Shown here piece after piece: positions 9,230 through 21,131 of a DNA stretch of 41,194 nt. A model generated the notes under the pieces. That model searched no databases. It saw nothing but the letters and a program-made list of their open reading frames with translations, and was not told where the DNA came from. A program made the translations under genes and the position numbers. The stretch is from Lobosporangium transversale (Eukaryota). The DNA is taken from positions 868,001-909,194 of the forward strand of contig NW_019028988.1 in assembly GCF_002105155.1 (NCBI RefSeq). Reading direction: 5' to 3'. Positions within the stretch are counted from its first letter, which is position 1. Every line of letters begins with the position of its first letter.

Positions 9230-11466
9230 ATGGTTATCGTCTCTTGTGCCACTGCACTGGCAAGTGCCTTCGTAAGGCTCTTTGCCACATACCCTACGAC
9301 TATCAAATCTCTCCTAAATCCTACAAGCTTGCTCTGGATTATCTTCACATTATGGGTCGCGAAGGGCATAAAGAATGTACTAGTACAAAGCCTACTGTTG
9401 TTTTTTTTTATTACATATATTTTTCTGAAGGGAAAATAATTGATTCATATCTATCCTTATCTAGATGATTTCAAATGCGTTCTTCCATCCCTTGTCCCCT
9501 ATCCCAGGAAACAAGCTGATCGCTTCTACACGCTTCTTTGAGGCGCTACTCTCCCTATCTGGCAGGGCTCATTACTGCTTACCTCTAACCCATAAGCTAT
9601 ATGGAAAGGTGGTCAGGGTCGCGCCAAATATTGTCTCTGTGGCCGATAAAGACATGATTCGAGAGGTAAATGAGAATGAATTGCTATGCATGATTAATCC
9701 TCGGTGTAGCTCGTCCGAAGTCAAAATTTTTTATCCCGAATGAATACAGTGAAAGTAACCTGATTTGGTTGTTGAATATTTTCCTTCTTCTTCTGATAGA
9801 TCTTAGTGACAACTGACTACCCCAAGAGCGCCATTTACCAAGTCTTTGATTTTGACGGGCATGAAAACCTATTCTCAGCCCGCAACAAGAGCTTCTATAA
9901 GAGCCGAGTACGCTTACCACTCTACCCTTTTTGCTTTCATGAACTATCTTGTCATATATAGTTGAGTTGTAACAACCCTTATCAATACTTGAAAGTATAA
10001 CTTCTCTTTGTTCACAGCGCCGACTTGTCGCTCCAGCCTTCGGCCTGCAATACCTTCAGTCTGTTGAGCCTCTTATGCATAAATGCATTGATGGCCTTCT
10101 ACAAGAGATCGATGGTACTCTCGATGGTTCGAGGACGGCGAAGAACAAAACCTCTAAAGCGCTTCCACCTGGCCAGATCAATATTAATTCTTTTATGTTC
10201 CGACTCTCACTTGACATCATCGGGGAGACCGTATTTGGCCAATCCTTTGAGACGATCAAGGATGATGCTCACCCGGTCCCTCACCAGCTAGAAAAGACAA
10301 TCAAGCAAATGATGCAACAAACGTTCATTCCATGGATGAAATATATAGACCCATTCGATTTTTCTTTTAGAGATTTTGGTGCTGCTTGTGTCAAGCAGCG
10401 TAAGGCTAGTGGAGAGGCGGGGCGTCGTGTAGACCTGCTACAGTATCTGATTGACGCACAAGCCAAAGGGAGAGAGGACAGTAATGGCGGTAGCAAGCAT
10501 GAGGACATGGCTTGTGAGGAATTTACAGATAAGGTTATCGGAATTGAGGCATGCGTTTTCCTGTAAGTTGAAGTGTAAGACCACAAAATACTACTTTGCC
10601 CCAAGGCATGACCCGTGTGCCCAGTAGGTGAAACAGAAATGAAAATTGAACTATTCATTTTATTTTGACTATTCAGGATCGCTGGAGCAGATACCGCACA
10701 CAGTGTAATGACATTTACGCTCATGTTCTTGATCAAACATCCGGATAAGCTGATCAAGCTGAGATCAGAGCTTGACCTCGCAACCGCTACTAATCCCTGT
10801 GGATCTCTACCTACTTATGAGCAAATCCGCAAGCTTCCATATCTGACAGGATGCATCAACGAGTCCATGCGACTCCGTCCTACTGCCGCTCTAGGTACGG
10901 ACTAATGAATAGTAACGTATAAATATAAATATAGTTTTAAAATGGTTAGATACTGACAAGCGATCTTAATATTGATCTAGGTATACCACGAGACGTTGAT
11001 GAAGATGTAGTCATAAATAACTATTATTTTCCAAAGGGAACAAGTATGTAGAGCAGTTGACACGTTTATGCTCCGTATTTATCGCATACCAACTAACTTT
11101 TTTTATTTTTTTTATTTTTTTTATTTTTTTTATTTTTTAGCCCTACTTGCGAGCCCATTGCAACTTCATTTGTCAGAGGAATACTTTCCACAGGCGGCCG
11201 AGTACATTCCAGAGCGCTGGATTCCTGATGAGTCACCTTTTCCGCCTGTTCAGGACTTTACATATTACCCTTTCTCTGCAGGTAGTCGTGTCTGTATCGG
11301 CAAAAACTTTGCAATGATGGAACTGCGGCTGATCCTAGCAACGTTGGTTCTTAGCTACGATATGGAGCTAGTTCCTAATCAGCGCGAGGACTGTGTGCAG
11401 TACTTGACGCCATCTCTGGCCACAGGAAGTTATATTATCAAGATGAAGAGACGGCATAAAGAGTAG
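9230..11466 (+). CDS. Cytochrome P450 monooxygenase, intact, 7 exons, 535 aa
   Basis: Exons 9230-9376, 9465-9665, 9800-9907, 10018-10562, 10677-10894, 10981-11043 and 11141-11466 (1608 nt, in frame). N-terminal TM, HPLSPIPG hinge, AGADT I-helix, ESMR, PERW and heme motif FSAGSRVCIG. Confidence 0.96.
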
Positions 11467-11891
11467 AATAGTGATCATAGGTTATACATTATAAACCAAC
11501 TGATGCTTACACTAGTTAGTCAAGGAGAAACAAGGAGCCCATGCCTCCCTCTAGAGCTTTTACAAAGAAGATGCTTTCCAAGGATTTTGTACTTCCGCGC
11601 TGATAGCCAATTCACTAAATAATTTAGCTTGAAAAACTCCTGATAAAGCGCTTTTTATCATTGATACTATTATTAAGTACCTCCTTGGACTGGCAATGTG
11701 AATACTCTGAGCGTTACTGCAATTATGGTCCTTTCTTCAGTAATGGGACTAGTAATATTAGGGTTTGAATCTGTTCATGCTGAAAAGCCATCACTGTATA
11801 TGTCGTCTGCTATTTTTTATAACTACCGGAAAATACAAAAAAAAAAAAACTTCTGGGCTTTCAAGTTACTTTAATAGCTTGTTCGTCTGCT

Positions 11892-12655
11892 TTAGCACGA
11901 TATACTGCCGCCCTTCTTCTTGACAACGCCTTAATGGGGCCATTGTAGCATTAGACTGAAACCTTGCACCATTCCATTAATATTCTTTTCCAAAGCTCTA
12001 TACAGCCTGCTGGACATATTTAATGCTTACTGAGCTGTCCCTTGCGGTATTCCTGCATATGCTGGCCAGCATAGTTAGGTGCCTTCCTTCTCTGTTATAT
12101 TGACTGCTCGTCTCTATACCTTGACAGCCTTTGCAGTATGCTTCAGCTTATGGTTTTGTTGAGACGCAAACCCGCCACTTACCATGCCCCATTCTTCGGT
12201 AGGCATCCGCAATTGCTTCTCGTAGCTCTTTAGGTCATGTGAACAGGCCTGTTAATATTACATACAGGTATTTTTGATTGCTCTCTGCTTGACCATTATA
12301 CCTTTGATCTTTTAAGTGATAGTCCTCTAGCAATCTTTTAACTAATCATTTTAGCTTCGCTCTGGCAACATTGAATTGCGTTCACGCAGGCAGCGTGTAG
12401 GAAGCATCTTATTAGCCTGACTCTAGCCTCAATTGCTATTCGAGTGGGCGCCTCTATTCATGTTTATCTAGTAATAGTGGGCTGCTTCAGCTGAAACCCT
12501 CCCGGGACAGCTTCCTTTATCCTCCACCATACGCTCTTTACTCGCCAAACGAAGGCTAGATGCAGTTGGTTAAGAGATACTAAGACATCTAGCAGCCTCA
12601 AGAGCTGAAGTACCCTTGCATTTCTAAATAGATAACTTTCTTTTGTTCGAGGCAT
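11892..12655 (-). mobile_element. Degenerate, internally deleted Tc1/mariner transposase remnant
   Basis: Minus-strand fragments GTSALEAARCLSIS*PTAS (HTH), GSCPGRVS (GRPR-like), EEWGMV, QQNHKLKHTAKAVK (QDNxPKHT-like), WPA and VVKKKGGSISC* (VIKAKGGxTKY-like). No TIRs found. Confidence 0.7.
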
Positions 12656-14173
12656 AGGCTTCATATTTCGGCAGAGGAGAGAGGATAGGGAACAAAAAAA
12701 AAAAAGATATATAGGTAAAAAAAAAAAAGATCCATAAATGATTAATATCATTACAGTCCTAGGTTAAATACTAAGACTAGATTCCATAAATGAAAGAATG
12801 GGTAGAGCTGGGTTTATATGTTTCCAGATGCGAGCTCTGCATCAGTGATAACTATGAACTAGTGACAAATACAGAGATACATTTATATCTTTGCGATATG
12901 GATAAGATTTAAGGGCCTAATACTACCAGCGTCATTGCCTTTGCTGAAGAGAAAGGCTATCGTAGCATCTATATTGCCATCCAAGAAGTCAATAAGAAAA
13001 AAATAAAAAAAATAAAGAAAATAAAACTATCTATCGAAAGTTTTGATTAGTTTCTTTTAGAATCTCTGTTAAAGAATATAAATCACTATAAAGTAAACAG
13101 TTTATCTTGAACCAAATAATATTTCGACAAAATGGTTTGCTTCGATCTGGATCTGTAAGGGACAAAAATACACAAAAGAAAAGGAATTGAAAGAGCAAAG
13201 TTGGTGGCGTTAGTGAAACGGGTCACAAAGAGGCCTTGGTGCTAAGCCCAGTTTAGAGTGCTATAAATAGACCTAGAATCACGTGATAAAATTTAGGTCA
13301 AAGATAAGGGAAGATTTGTACATTTATATTTATGCGAATACGTTCAAGTTCAATTGATAAGGCTTGAAGCCTCAATAGAAAAGAAAGTGTCTTGACCAAT
13401 AAACTGCATTGACGCGATCACACCACACACATACACCCCCACTCTTTCCCTGTTCTTTTTGTTGACTTGTTGATGGACAAATACAATATGCAATGTGCAA
13501 TTTTCTCAATGTCTTTGTCACATGCCTTTTTTCCCTACATATCACATCCTGCTTAGACCTCCACTGCTTGGGCTTTTTTTTAACGCGAAGTTCTTTTTGT
13601 GCTCTGCGGGAAATAGAAATGTGAACATGTGTTGGTAAACACCATGAATATGTAATATCATTCGTTACAAGCTTTGGCCATCTCGCATCCTTCCAACAAG
13701 AACAAAAAAAAAAAAGGCAGTAACTCTCGCTCGAATATATATATGATATTAGTACGAAAAGAGGTGGTCGGGTGAGCAACGATGGGAACTCCATTTGACA
13801 TGTCTTTGCAATGGACATGCAAAATGAGGGAGAAAAAAAAAAACGTCACATTAATTGCGTTGGACCGTGCGAAAAAAAGAAGGAAAAAAAAATCAGTCTA
13901 AAATTTTCCATCGCATTGTCGCTATTTCTTTTTCCCTCTATCACATCCTATCTCTTTCCTGTTCGTTCCTCAATCGTTTCCATTCTGTCTGCAACCATCT
14001 TTGAAGGAATATGAAAATAAATAAAATAAAAAAAATGTTGGAAGTCCTTTTTATATATTTTATTTACAAAAAATCAGCTGAATTTTTGGTTGCAATAATA
14101 GAATTTTTTTTTTTTTTAGAATTGCGAGAATACCCACTATTTACAAATTAAAGTCCAAAGAGTGTGTGGATTT

Positions 14174-14889
14174 TTAGTTCTCCTTCTTAACCTCCTTCTT
14201 GCCACCGCTCTTGAGGTAGGCAAAGCCCGCGCCGAAGATGGCGGCAGCGACAGCAGCGTCAGAGGCATCCTCCTTGTTCTCCAACAACTTAATCCTATCT
14301 TTGTGCTCGTTGACAATCTGAGTTTCACCCTGGACCTCGGGGCCGCTAGACGCAGGGGCCTGTTGACCAGCACTGAGGATGCTGATGGTCAAGGAAACAG
14401 CTCCATGCGGCTTGGATTCGTCATCATAGACCTCAAATTTACCCCTGTAAGAGCCGCCGGCCGAAATGACCTGACGCAAAGGGATAGCGCCGTAACCAAT
14501 GACGGCATCAGCGAGCTTCTCCTGGTCGAGGATCTCGACGTACAAGTAATGGTGCTCGTTGGGCTCATAGTCATTGAGGATAATCTCCTCGTTCCACTCG
14601 GGGTTCTTTCCTGCGTTCTTCTTGACAGAGGTCTTCTTGAAAGAGTTCTTCTTTTCGAAATCCAAGCTGACTTGGAGATAGGGGTCGTTCTTACCGAAGT
14701 TCTGTTAAACATGACCGACAAACAAATGAAAATAGAAATAAGTGTTACTTGTCAGTCCATGTTACAAAAGTCCAAAAAGACGCGTGTGAAATTAGAAGAA
14801 AAAATTGAAACAATGAACTAAGAAGGGGTCCGTACCTCAACATCGCGCAAGCCTTCGGCGGAGTGAACTTTGATATGGATGGAAGACAT
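14174..14889 (-). CDS. Single C2-domain protein, 2 exons, 193 aa
   Basis: Exons 14889-14836 and 14701-14174: MSSIHIKVHSAEGLRDVE|NFGKNDPYLQV...NAGKNPEWNE...VEILDQEKLADAVIG. Acidic Ca2+-loop residues present; short hydrophobic/basic C-tail. Confidence 0.92.
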
Positions 14890-15599
14890 GGTTGGTTATG
14901 AGTAAAAGATTTGGCTGGGGGGAAAAAGAAGAGTAGTGTTATGTGTTGCTTGTTGAAGAGGAAAAGCGTGAAGAAGAAAAAAAAAAAAAAAAGGAAGAAA
15001 ATTGGGGAAAGGGCGGAGGTTTATATAGAAAAATGAAGGACATGTACGGATGAATAAGAGTCGAGGCACTAGAGGAATGACGCGAGGGCCATAGGAAGTG
15101 GGAACATAATGAGAACAAGAGGCTGAATTTGGTGCAATGGTTCATTGGTTCAATGGTTCCATAGTCTTCACGTATATAGAATCAATAGTACATGCATATC
15201 ATGCGTGTTAATGTCAGTGACAGATTGCATAATCATAATCGTCCAAAAATGAGGGAATAAGTTATACATATTTTTATTTATTATTTACTTTATTCAAAGA
15301 ATATTTCTGTATTAAAATATTGAACTCTAAATTTTTAGGACTGGGGACCGGTCATTACTCCATTGCTTTGAGAATTGACTCCATGCTTCTGCCAAACTTC
15401 ATTCCAATAGACACACAGCCCATATTCTTTGCTGGGGAGGTGTGCCCGTCACCAGAGTACGATATTCTCGAGGAAGAAAACGAATTAGGTGACAGCAAGG
15501 GGTCTGCAATTGGCGATAATCATTTTGAACAATCCAAAAGCAGAAGAATATGCGGAGAATCGAACGAATTAAAAGTCTGGGGCAACAGATTCTCTATTC

Positions 15600-15646
<47 letters not shown>

Positions 15647-16262
15647 TGATTGGAATGGACTCTACGTGGCCCACTGGGGATACAATGGGGTTTCTAGAGA
15701 GGCGAAGGAGGAGGGCCCCTTGTTTTAAAGCCCTTAATACCATGAATAAATGAAGTTCCCAGGCCTTAAAGTTCATTTCTTTCTCTCCACTGATTTGTCC
15801 ATCTTGTGCTTAAGCAAGATCGTCATCAAATCATTGAAAGCTAGCTCTAGTCTCTCGCATACATACAAGAAAGCTATACTCGTCCGTTCGGGATTGGATT
15901 CGATCAAGGTGTTTTATGAAATACTCAAGAGCAACTCTCATGAAGGAATCATTAGAACCCAATTAGAAGTAAGATAAAAGTTTAGAGTCAAGCGAAGCAC
16001 AAATGGAATATACAACCCATAGGCGAATTGCTGGTGATACTTTTACACCATGCGTGAGACTGTCATAAAAGCAATGATGCGAGAGGAAAAAAGGGATAAA
16101 GAAAAAAAGGAAGCCACCATCGAGCAGACATCACAATTAGTACAGCTGGAGAGAATACAAGTATCAAGGAAAGATAATTCGAATCCTGGGTTTGGGGTTC
16201 AAGTACAAAAGCACAGGTGCTTTCCCCTCGGAAAAGACAAGCAACTTTCAGTATTCACGTGT

Positions 16263-16295
<33 letters not shown>

Positions 16296-17065
16296 GAGTC
16301 GTATTTGCATCAAACAAGAGGAGCGGCAACACGTTGTCCGTCTACAATGTCTAGTGGACAAACACAGTTCATATATTTATACCAAGCAAGCATCGCTTTC
16401 GAATGCAACTTTATTTAATTCTAAAACCAGACATTATACTGGAGCCGGCTTTGCTTTGGAAATAAGATAATGCTATATAGTGTAAGGATCTAGTCGAGAA
16501 TGAACGCATACTGAGTGGGTTAGTTTATTATTCATCCAAGTAATAAGCACTTCTCAACTAGTCAATAAAGGAAAACATTTAACCCCATCGGAATGGTTGA
16601 CGTAGAGAAGATAATCTGATTTTTGACATTGACATAAATTAGAAAAAAAGACTATCAACAGACTATATACCTATGCCAACCATAACTTTATTGTCATCAT
16701 TCCTCAACGTTCCATACAATTCCTACCACTTCAATGACTGTGGAGAAGCCGTCTATGCTCTACATGTACATTCCTGGAGACAGTTGTCGTGTCCGGTTTG
16801 TGTCTCTTCAAGGCCTGACCATTATTACAAAGCAAAATTAACATGACTTTATGCATTTGAGTTATCCATGATAGTCAGCATTGGCCTGCTTAAAGAGTAA
16901 GCGAGAGAGGGAAGAAAAAGAAATAAATATTATTGCCCTTGAGCTTGTAGAAGGATAAGGATTAGTCTAAGGGTATTTTACACCATCGTTTACTCTTTTA
17001 ATTACAAATAGTTTAGTTTAGAATCTCGAGTATCAACAAAAAGATGGAGTATGTACGTACACGTA

Positions 17066-18401
17066 CAGTCACCTGAAACAAAGATTGGACAAAAAAATAA
17101 AATATTGAAATAGTTACGTAGGGAAGCGTTTCCTTCAATCTCTTTCCTTCCTGTTTTTCACATACAAACAGCTTGAGTAAACCACCATGGCGAGACACTT
17201 AGACATTGAGAATAAAGGTATCATCGTTGGAATACACCTCGTGGGCATGAAGGCTGCGGAAATCGCATTGCAACGCGGTGTACCCCGAACCTCTGTTATT
17301 AATATTATCAGGGTGTACCAAGAAAGAGGCACCACTGCTTGCACTCCGATCCCAGGACGGCCCAAAGTACTAAGTGAACGGGACCTCAGGAGCATCGTTC
17401 GCCATACTAAGCAGAATAGAAGGTGTACTCTTAATGATATCACTAACCAATTGCCGAACAAAGTTTGCGAGAGGACAGTTGCGAAGGCATTGCATTCATT
17501 GGGTATTTTCAGCCGGATTGCAGTAAAAAAACCATTCTTAAAAGAAGGACATATAAAAAGGAGGCTGCAGTTTGTCAAAAAATATATGAGTTGGTCCATG
17601 GAAGACTGGAATCGGGTAGTTTGGACTGACGAATCATCATTTGAAGTTGGTGAGCATTTTCGTCAAATAAGAGTTTGGCGTAAAGTAGAGGAAAAGTACG
17701 ATCATGATTGCCTCGCACCCACTTTCAAAAGTGGTAGAACAACTCTGATGGTCTGGGGGGCGTTCACAGCAACCAGAAAGTCTCGGTTGGTTGTATTTGA
17801 AAGAGGTCGTAAAGATGGACGGTGTTTCGTGGAAGATGTATATCAAGGCGAGCTAGCCAGATTTATGGCTGAGGTAGAGGATGGCATACTTATGGAGGAT
17901 AATGCTCCAGTTCATACTTGTAAGATTGCAAAAGAATGGCGCGAAAAAAACAGCATCCCGAGGATTCCAGACTGGCCTTCATGCTCCCCAGATTTGAACC
18001 CTATTGAACATGTATGGTCACTTCTTGCGGATGCACTCGATAGGCGCGCTAAAGGGCCAAGAGATCTTCCCACTCTCACACGGGCTCTTATCGAAGAGTG
18101 GAATAATTTACCGCAAGAGAGGCTGGCCAGCCTTGTCGCTACCATGCCCGAAAGGCTGGAAGAAGTGAATGGGGTCGATGGTAGGAACACTCACTATTGA
18201 ACCTACATGGCACTTTTGCTACTCTAACAATGCCGTCTTCAAAACCCCAATAAATAACAGTATTGACCTCTTTAGTGAGCATGTAAAATTTCATGTGTAT
18301 TGATGAAGTCTTTATGTATGTTGCATATGAGCTGTTTGTCCAGGTTGTTCAAAAAAAAATCAAGAAAATCCATTTTGTCCAAACTTTATTTCAGGTGACT
18401 G
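17066..18401 (+). mobile_element. Complete Tc1/mariner DNA transposon (1336 bp) with 29 bp TIRs and TA target duplication
   Basis: Left TIR CAGTCACCTGAAACAAAGATTGGACAAAA (17066-17094); right TIR 18373-18401 is its reverse complement with 2 mismatches; TA at 17064-17065 and 18402-18403. Confidence 0.97.
17187..18200 (+). CDS. Tc1-family transposase, 337 aa, DD35E
   Basis: HTH, GRPK, KKPFL, WTDES, MVWG, EDNAPVH and WPSCSPDLNPIEHVW; intact single-exon ORF. Confidence 0.97.
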   Translation: MARHLDIENKGIIVGIHLVGMKAAEIALQRGVPRTSVINIIRVYQERGTTACTPIPGRPKVLSERDLRSIVRHTKQNRRCTLNDITNQLPNKVCERTVAKALHSLGIFSRIAVKKPFLKEGHIKRRLQFVKKYMSWSMEDWNRVVWTDESSFEVGEHFRQIRVWRKVEEKYDHDCLAPTFKSGRTTLMVWGAFTATRKSRLVVFERGRKDGRCFVEDVYQGELARFMAEVEDGILMEDNAPVHTCKIAKEWREKNSIPRIPDWPSCSPDLNPIEHVWSLLADALDRRAKGPRDLPTLTRALIEEWNNLPQERLASLVATMPERLEEVNGVDGRNTHY

Positions 18402-18849
18402 TACATACACAGAGGAGCTGCTAACGTTTAATGAATAATCTCACAGACCTAAAAGCATTTTTTTTTTTTTTTTTTTGACAAGAGCCATTAAATCAAGGCA
18501 AAGAGGGCTTATATTACAAAACTGTGCAACGTTAAAAAAAAAAAAAAAAAAAAAAAAAAGCCAGCGGCAGGCAGCTTTTCCCTTTTCATGTTTTAAAGAC
18601 CAGCTTTATTATTGTTATGAAAGGATGTTAGATTGCTATGGTAATTTTTGATAGATACAAATAATAAGGAAAAAAAAAAAAGTAAAAAGTCACCCCCCAG
18701 AAACTCTTTGCTGGTTTTTTGTTGCTTAAATACATTTTCTCCCTATTTTTTTTTTTTTTTAAAAAAAAGAGTGCATCCCAGATACACACCTTTTTTTTTT
18801 TTTTTTTTTTTTTTTTTTGTTATTGATATTATAATGTAGTTGATAACAT

Positions 18850-19969
18850 TTAGTTCAAAGGAACAACCTGTCTCTTGAGTTGCCTTGGAGGAACAGTGAC
18901 AGTGATGGGCTTGCGAGCATCAAAGTATTGCTTGCCCCAGTTGCCACCCGAGACAGCCCTCTCAGGAATGTAAGGGCTACCGGCACCATAGTTGGCAAAG
19001 AGAGGAGCAACCCCTGAGAGAGATCCACCGTTGGTTCCCTGGATAACGATATCAGCACAGCTCGAGTACAACTCACGGTTGCCCTCGTTGTTGTTCCAGA
19101 GCCAGTTGAGGACAGCGGGACCCGAGGGAGCATTGGCTGGGATCCTCACTGGGAGGGAGAAAGTGCTGCCAGCAGGAGCGTTAGCAAGGCAGTCTTGGAA
19201 GTGATCTTGGATAACCTATAATATATGGACGATCCATACCAAACCATCATGAATTAAGGAAACGTGACATGAAATGAAAGAAAAAAAAAAAAAAAAAATA
19301 GTTAGAAAGAGCTCAATGTCAAGATAGATTAAATTGCAAAGAAAGGTAAAGAAAAAGTAAATAGACAAGGCAGAAGAAAAAGAAATCACTTACAACCCAG
19401 GTTTTGCCGTTGTCATAGGAAAGAGCCCATTGGCAGCTATATCATCGCATGGGATCAAAAGGCGAGAGCAAGAGTGAGTTACCTTATTTTCATTATAAAA
19501 ATAATAAAAGATTTACTAGGCATGTTATCTTTTATGTATATACCTTCCTCCCCTGTGGTTAACATCAACATCCATCTTGGCGGGAATAGTGGAACCAGCC
19601 TGGAAAGTGGGGCGGACACCAGCAAATGAGCTGGAGTGCTTGCAGATGGGGTCTGAAATGTGGTTCTATATTGTAGAGAAGAAAAAAAAAAATTGAGGTA
19701 CAATTAAATACTTTATCCATACAGGAGGATATAGGTCTCGAATAACGCGATATAAAAGAAATTTTTTTTAAAAAAAAAAAAATACATACGTAGGTACCAA
19801 CGGGAGATTGAACATCGTAGTCAACCTCGCCCCATTGGTTGTCGTTGGGCTTAGGGCACTCAGAGTAAGGGGCCTTACGAGGGCATGGGTAACGGAAGGA
19901 GATGTGAGCATCGGCGACCAAGGCCATGGAGGACAAAGCCAAAAGAGCAGCAGAGGCAAGAAGCTTCAT
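18850..19969 (-). CDS. Secreted AA11-like lytic polysaccharide monooxygenase, 4 exons, 236 aa
   Basis: Exons 19969-19790, 19665-19544, 19436-19394 and 19215-18850. Signal peptide ending ADA exposes His1 (HISFRYPCPR); VDYDVQSP, ICK, HRGGSCQWALSYDNGKTW and WLWNNNEGNRELYSSCAD motifs. Confidence 0.88.
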
Positions 19970-21096
19970 GTTTTTGGAATGAATAAAGTAGAAAAGGGAA
20001 ACAGAGGGAGAGAAGAGGAAGTTTGTCCGGGATGAGCTTGAACAGAATTGTTGAAGATCAGAAAGGGGGATGGTTGTATGGGTGGGGGTCTTTTATAGGA
20101 ATTAGCTAGGCCTGATTTTTTTTTTTTTTTTTTTTGTTTTGTTTTTTAGGCAATGCTCAATGTAGATCAACTAAATGATGGCGGGTATGCCGCTCGCTCT
20201 GTATACAGAACAGATAAGAATGTTGAAAGGTGCAATGAAGGAATGAATAATTTAATGAAGTATGTAGTAAAATAAATGAATGTTTCTCTGCAATGTAATA
20301 TGAGATAATATCAATCTATGCAGAATGATATTAAAAACATAAATCCCACGAGATGAAGTCGATGGCGCACCATAGTATGCTTTTGTTTAGGGTGGAGAGA
20401 TCTTTCGGATTTTTGTTTTATTTTATTCTATTTTATATTATATTATTTTAATTCGAATTGTTTGTTGTGGTTATGTTGTCAGGTCAAAAGGTCCATGGGG
20501 TAGAAAGACAATCGCGCATAATCAGTTCACTATCTTGTCCGACAACCTGCCAGCTTTAATCCAGATTGGATGGAGAGAGTGTTTTGGTTAGCCGTTTGTT
20601 TGTTTGGTTGATTGGTGATGCTATATGGGCATGGCCATGAAGTAAAATAAACAAAGATATAACTTTTTTTTTTTTTTTTTTTTTTTTTACTTTCAAGTCC
20701 ACAATGAATGAATGGAGGGTCAACAAAGTGAGAGAACGATATATTTTTTTTTTTATTTTTACAAACATTTTTTTCTCAAGAAAAGAAAAAAAGTGAATGT
20801 AAATTGTGCTTCGATTTCATTAAAGTGCCTTTCGCTGTAAGCATATAGTCTACCCTCCATTCTTTATGAAAGACGAATACATGTTCAAAGTGTGACGATC
20901 GTTTCCAAGTAAAGCATAGCCTAGATTACAGTAATGAAAAAAGAAATTAGGTGTGCTCTCAAGATCCGTGTCAGTCTATAACGTCGGAGGAAAAAAAAAA
21001 AGAAGAGAATGAAGGAGAAGGGCACTTGGTTATTCAAGACTGTTACAAGCTTACTCTAATGGCTAAAGGGCTAACATGTAGGTTAGTGGAATGGGA

Positions 21097-21131
<35 letters not shown>

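Noticed and set aside
12752..13330. TACAGT at 12752 and CACTGTA at ~11792 as possible Tc1 termini; imperfect palindrome around TCACGTGA at ~13279
   Set aside because: The motifs face away from the transposase relic and have no extended matching partner; the palindrome is short.
14162..14821. 219 aa plus-strand ORF
   Set aside because: Antisense shadow of the codon-biased C2-domain gene.
15350..15980. Coding-like minus-strand text, including YRTLVTGTPPQQ resembling SNF2 motif III
   Set aside because: Single short motif, no flanking helicase motifs and many stops; could be a decayed gene but cannot be supported.
16131..16200. A-box/B-box-like sequences (TAGTACAGCTGG...TTCGAATCC) suggesting a tRNA or SINE
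   Set aside because: Spacing is too short, and the T-stem and acceptor stem do not pair.
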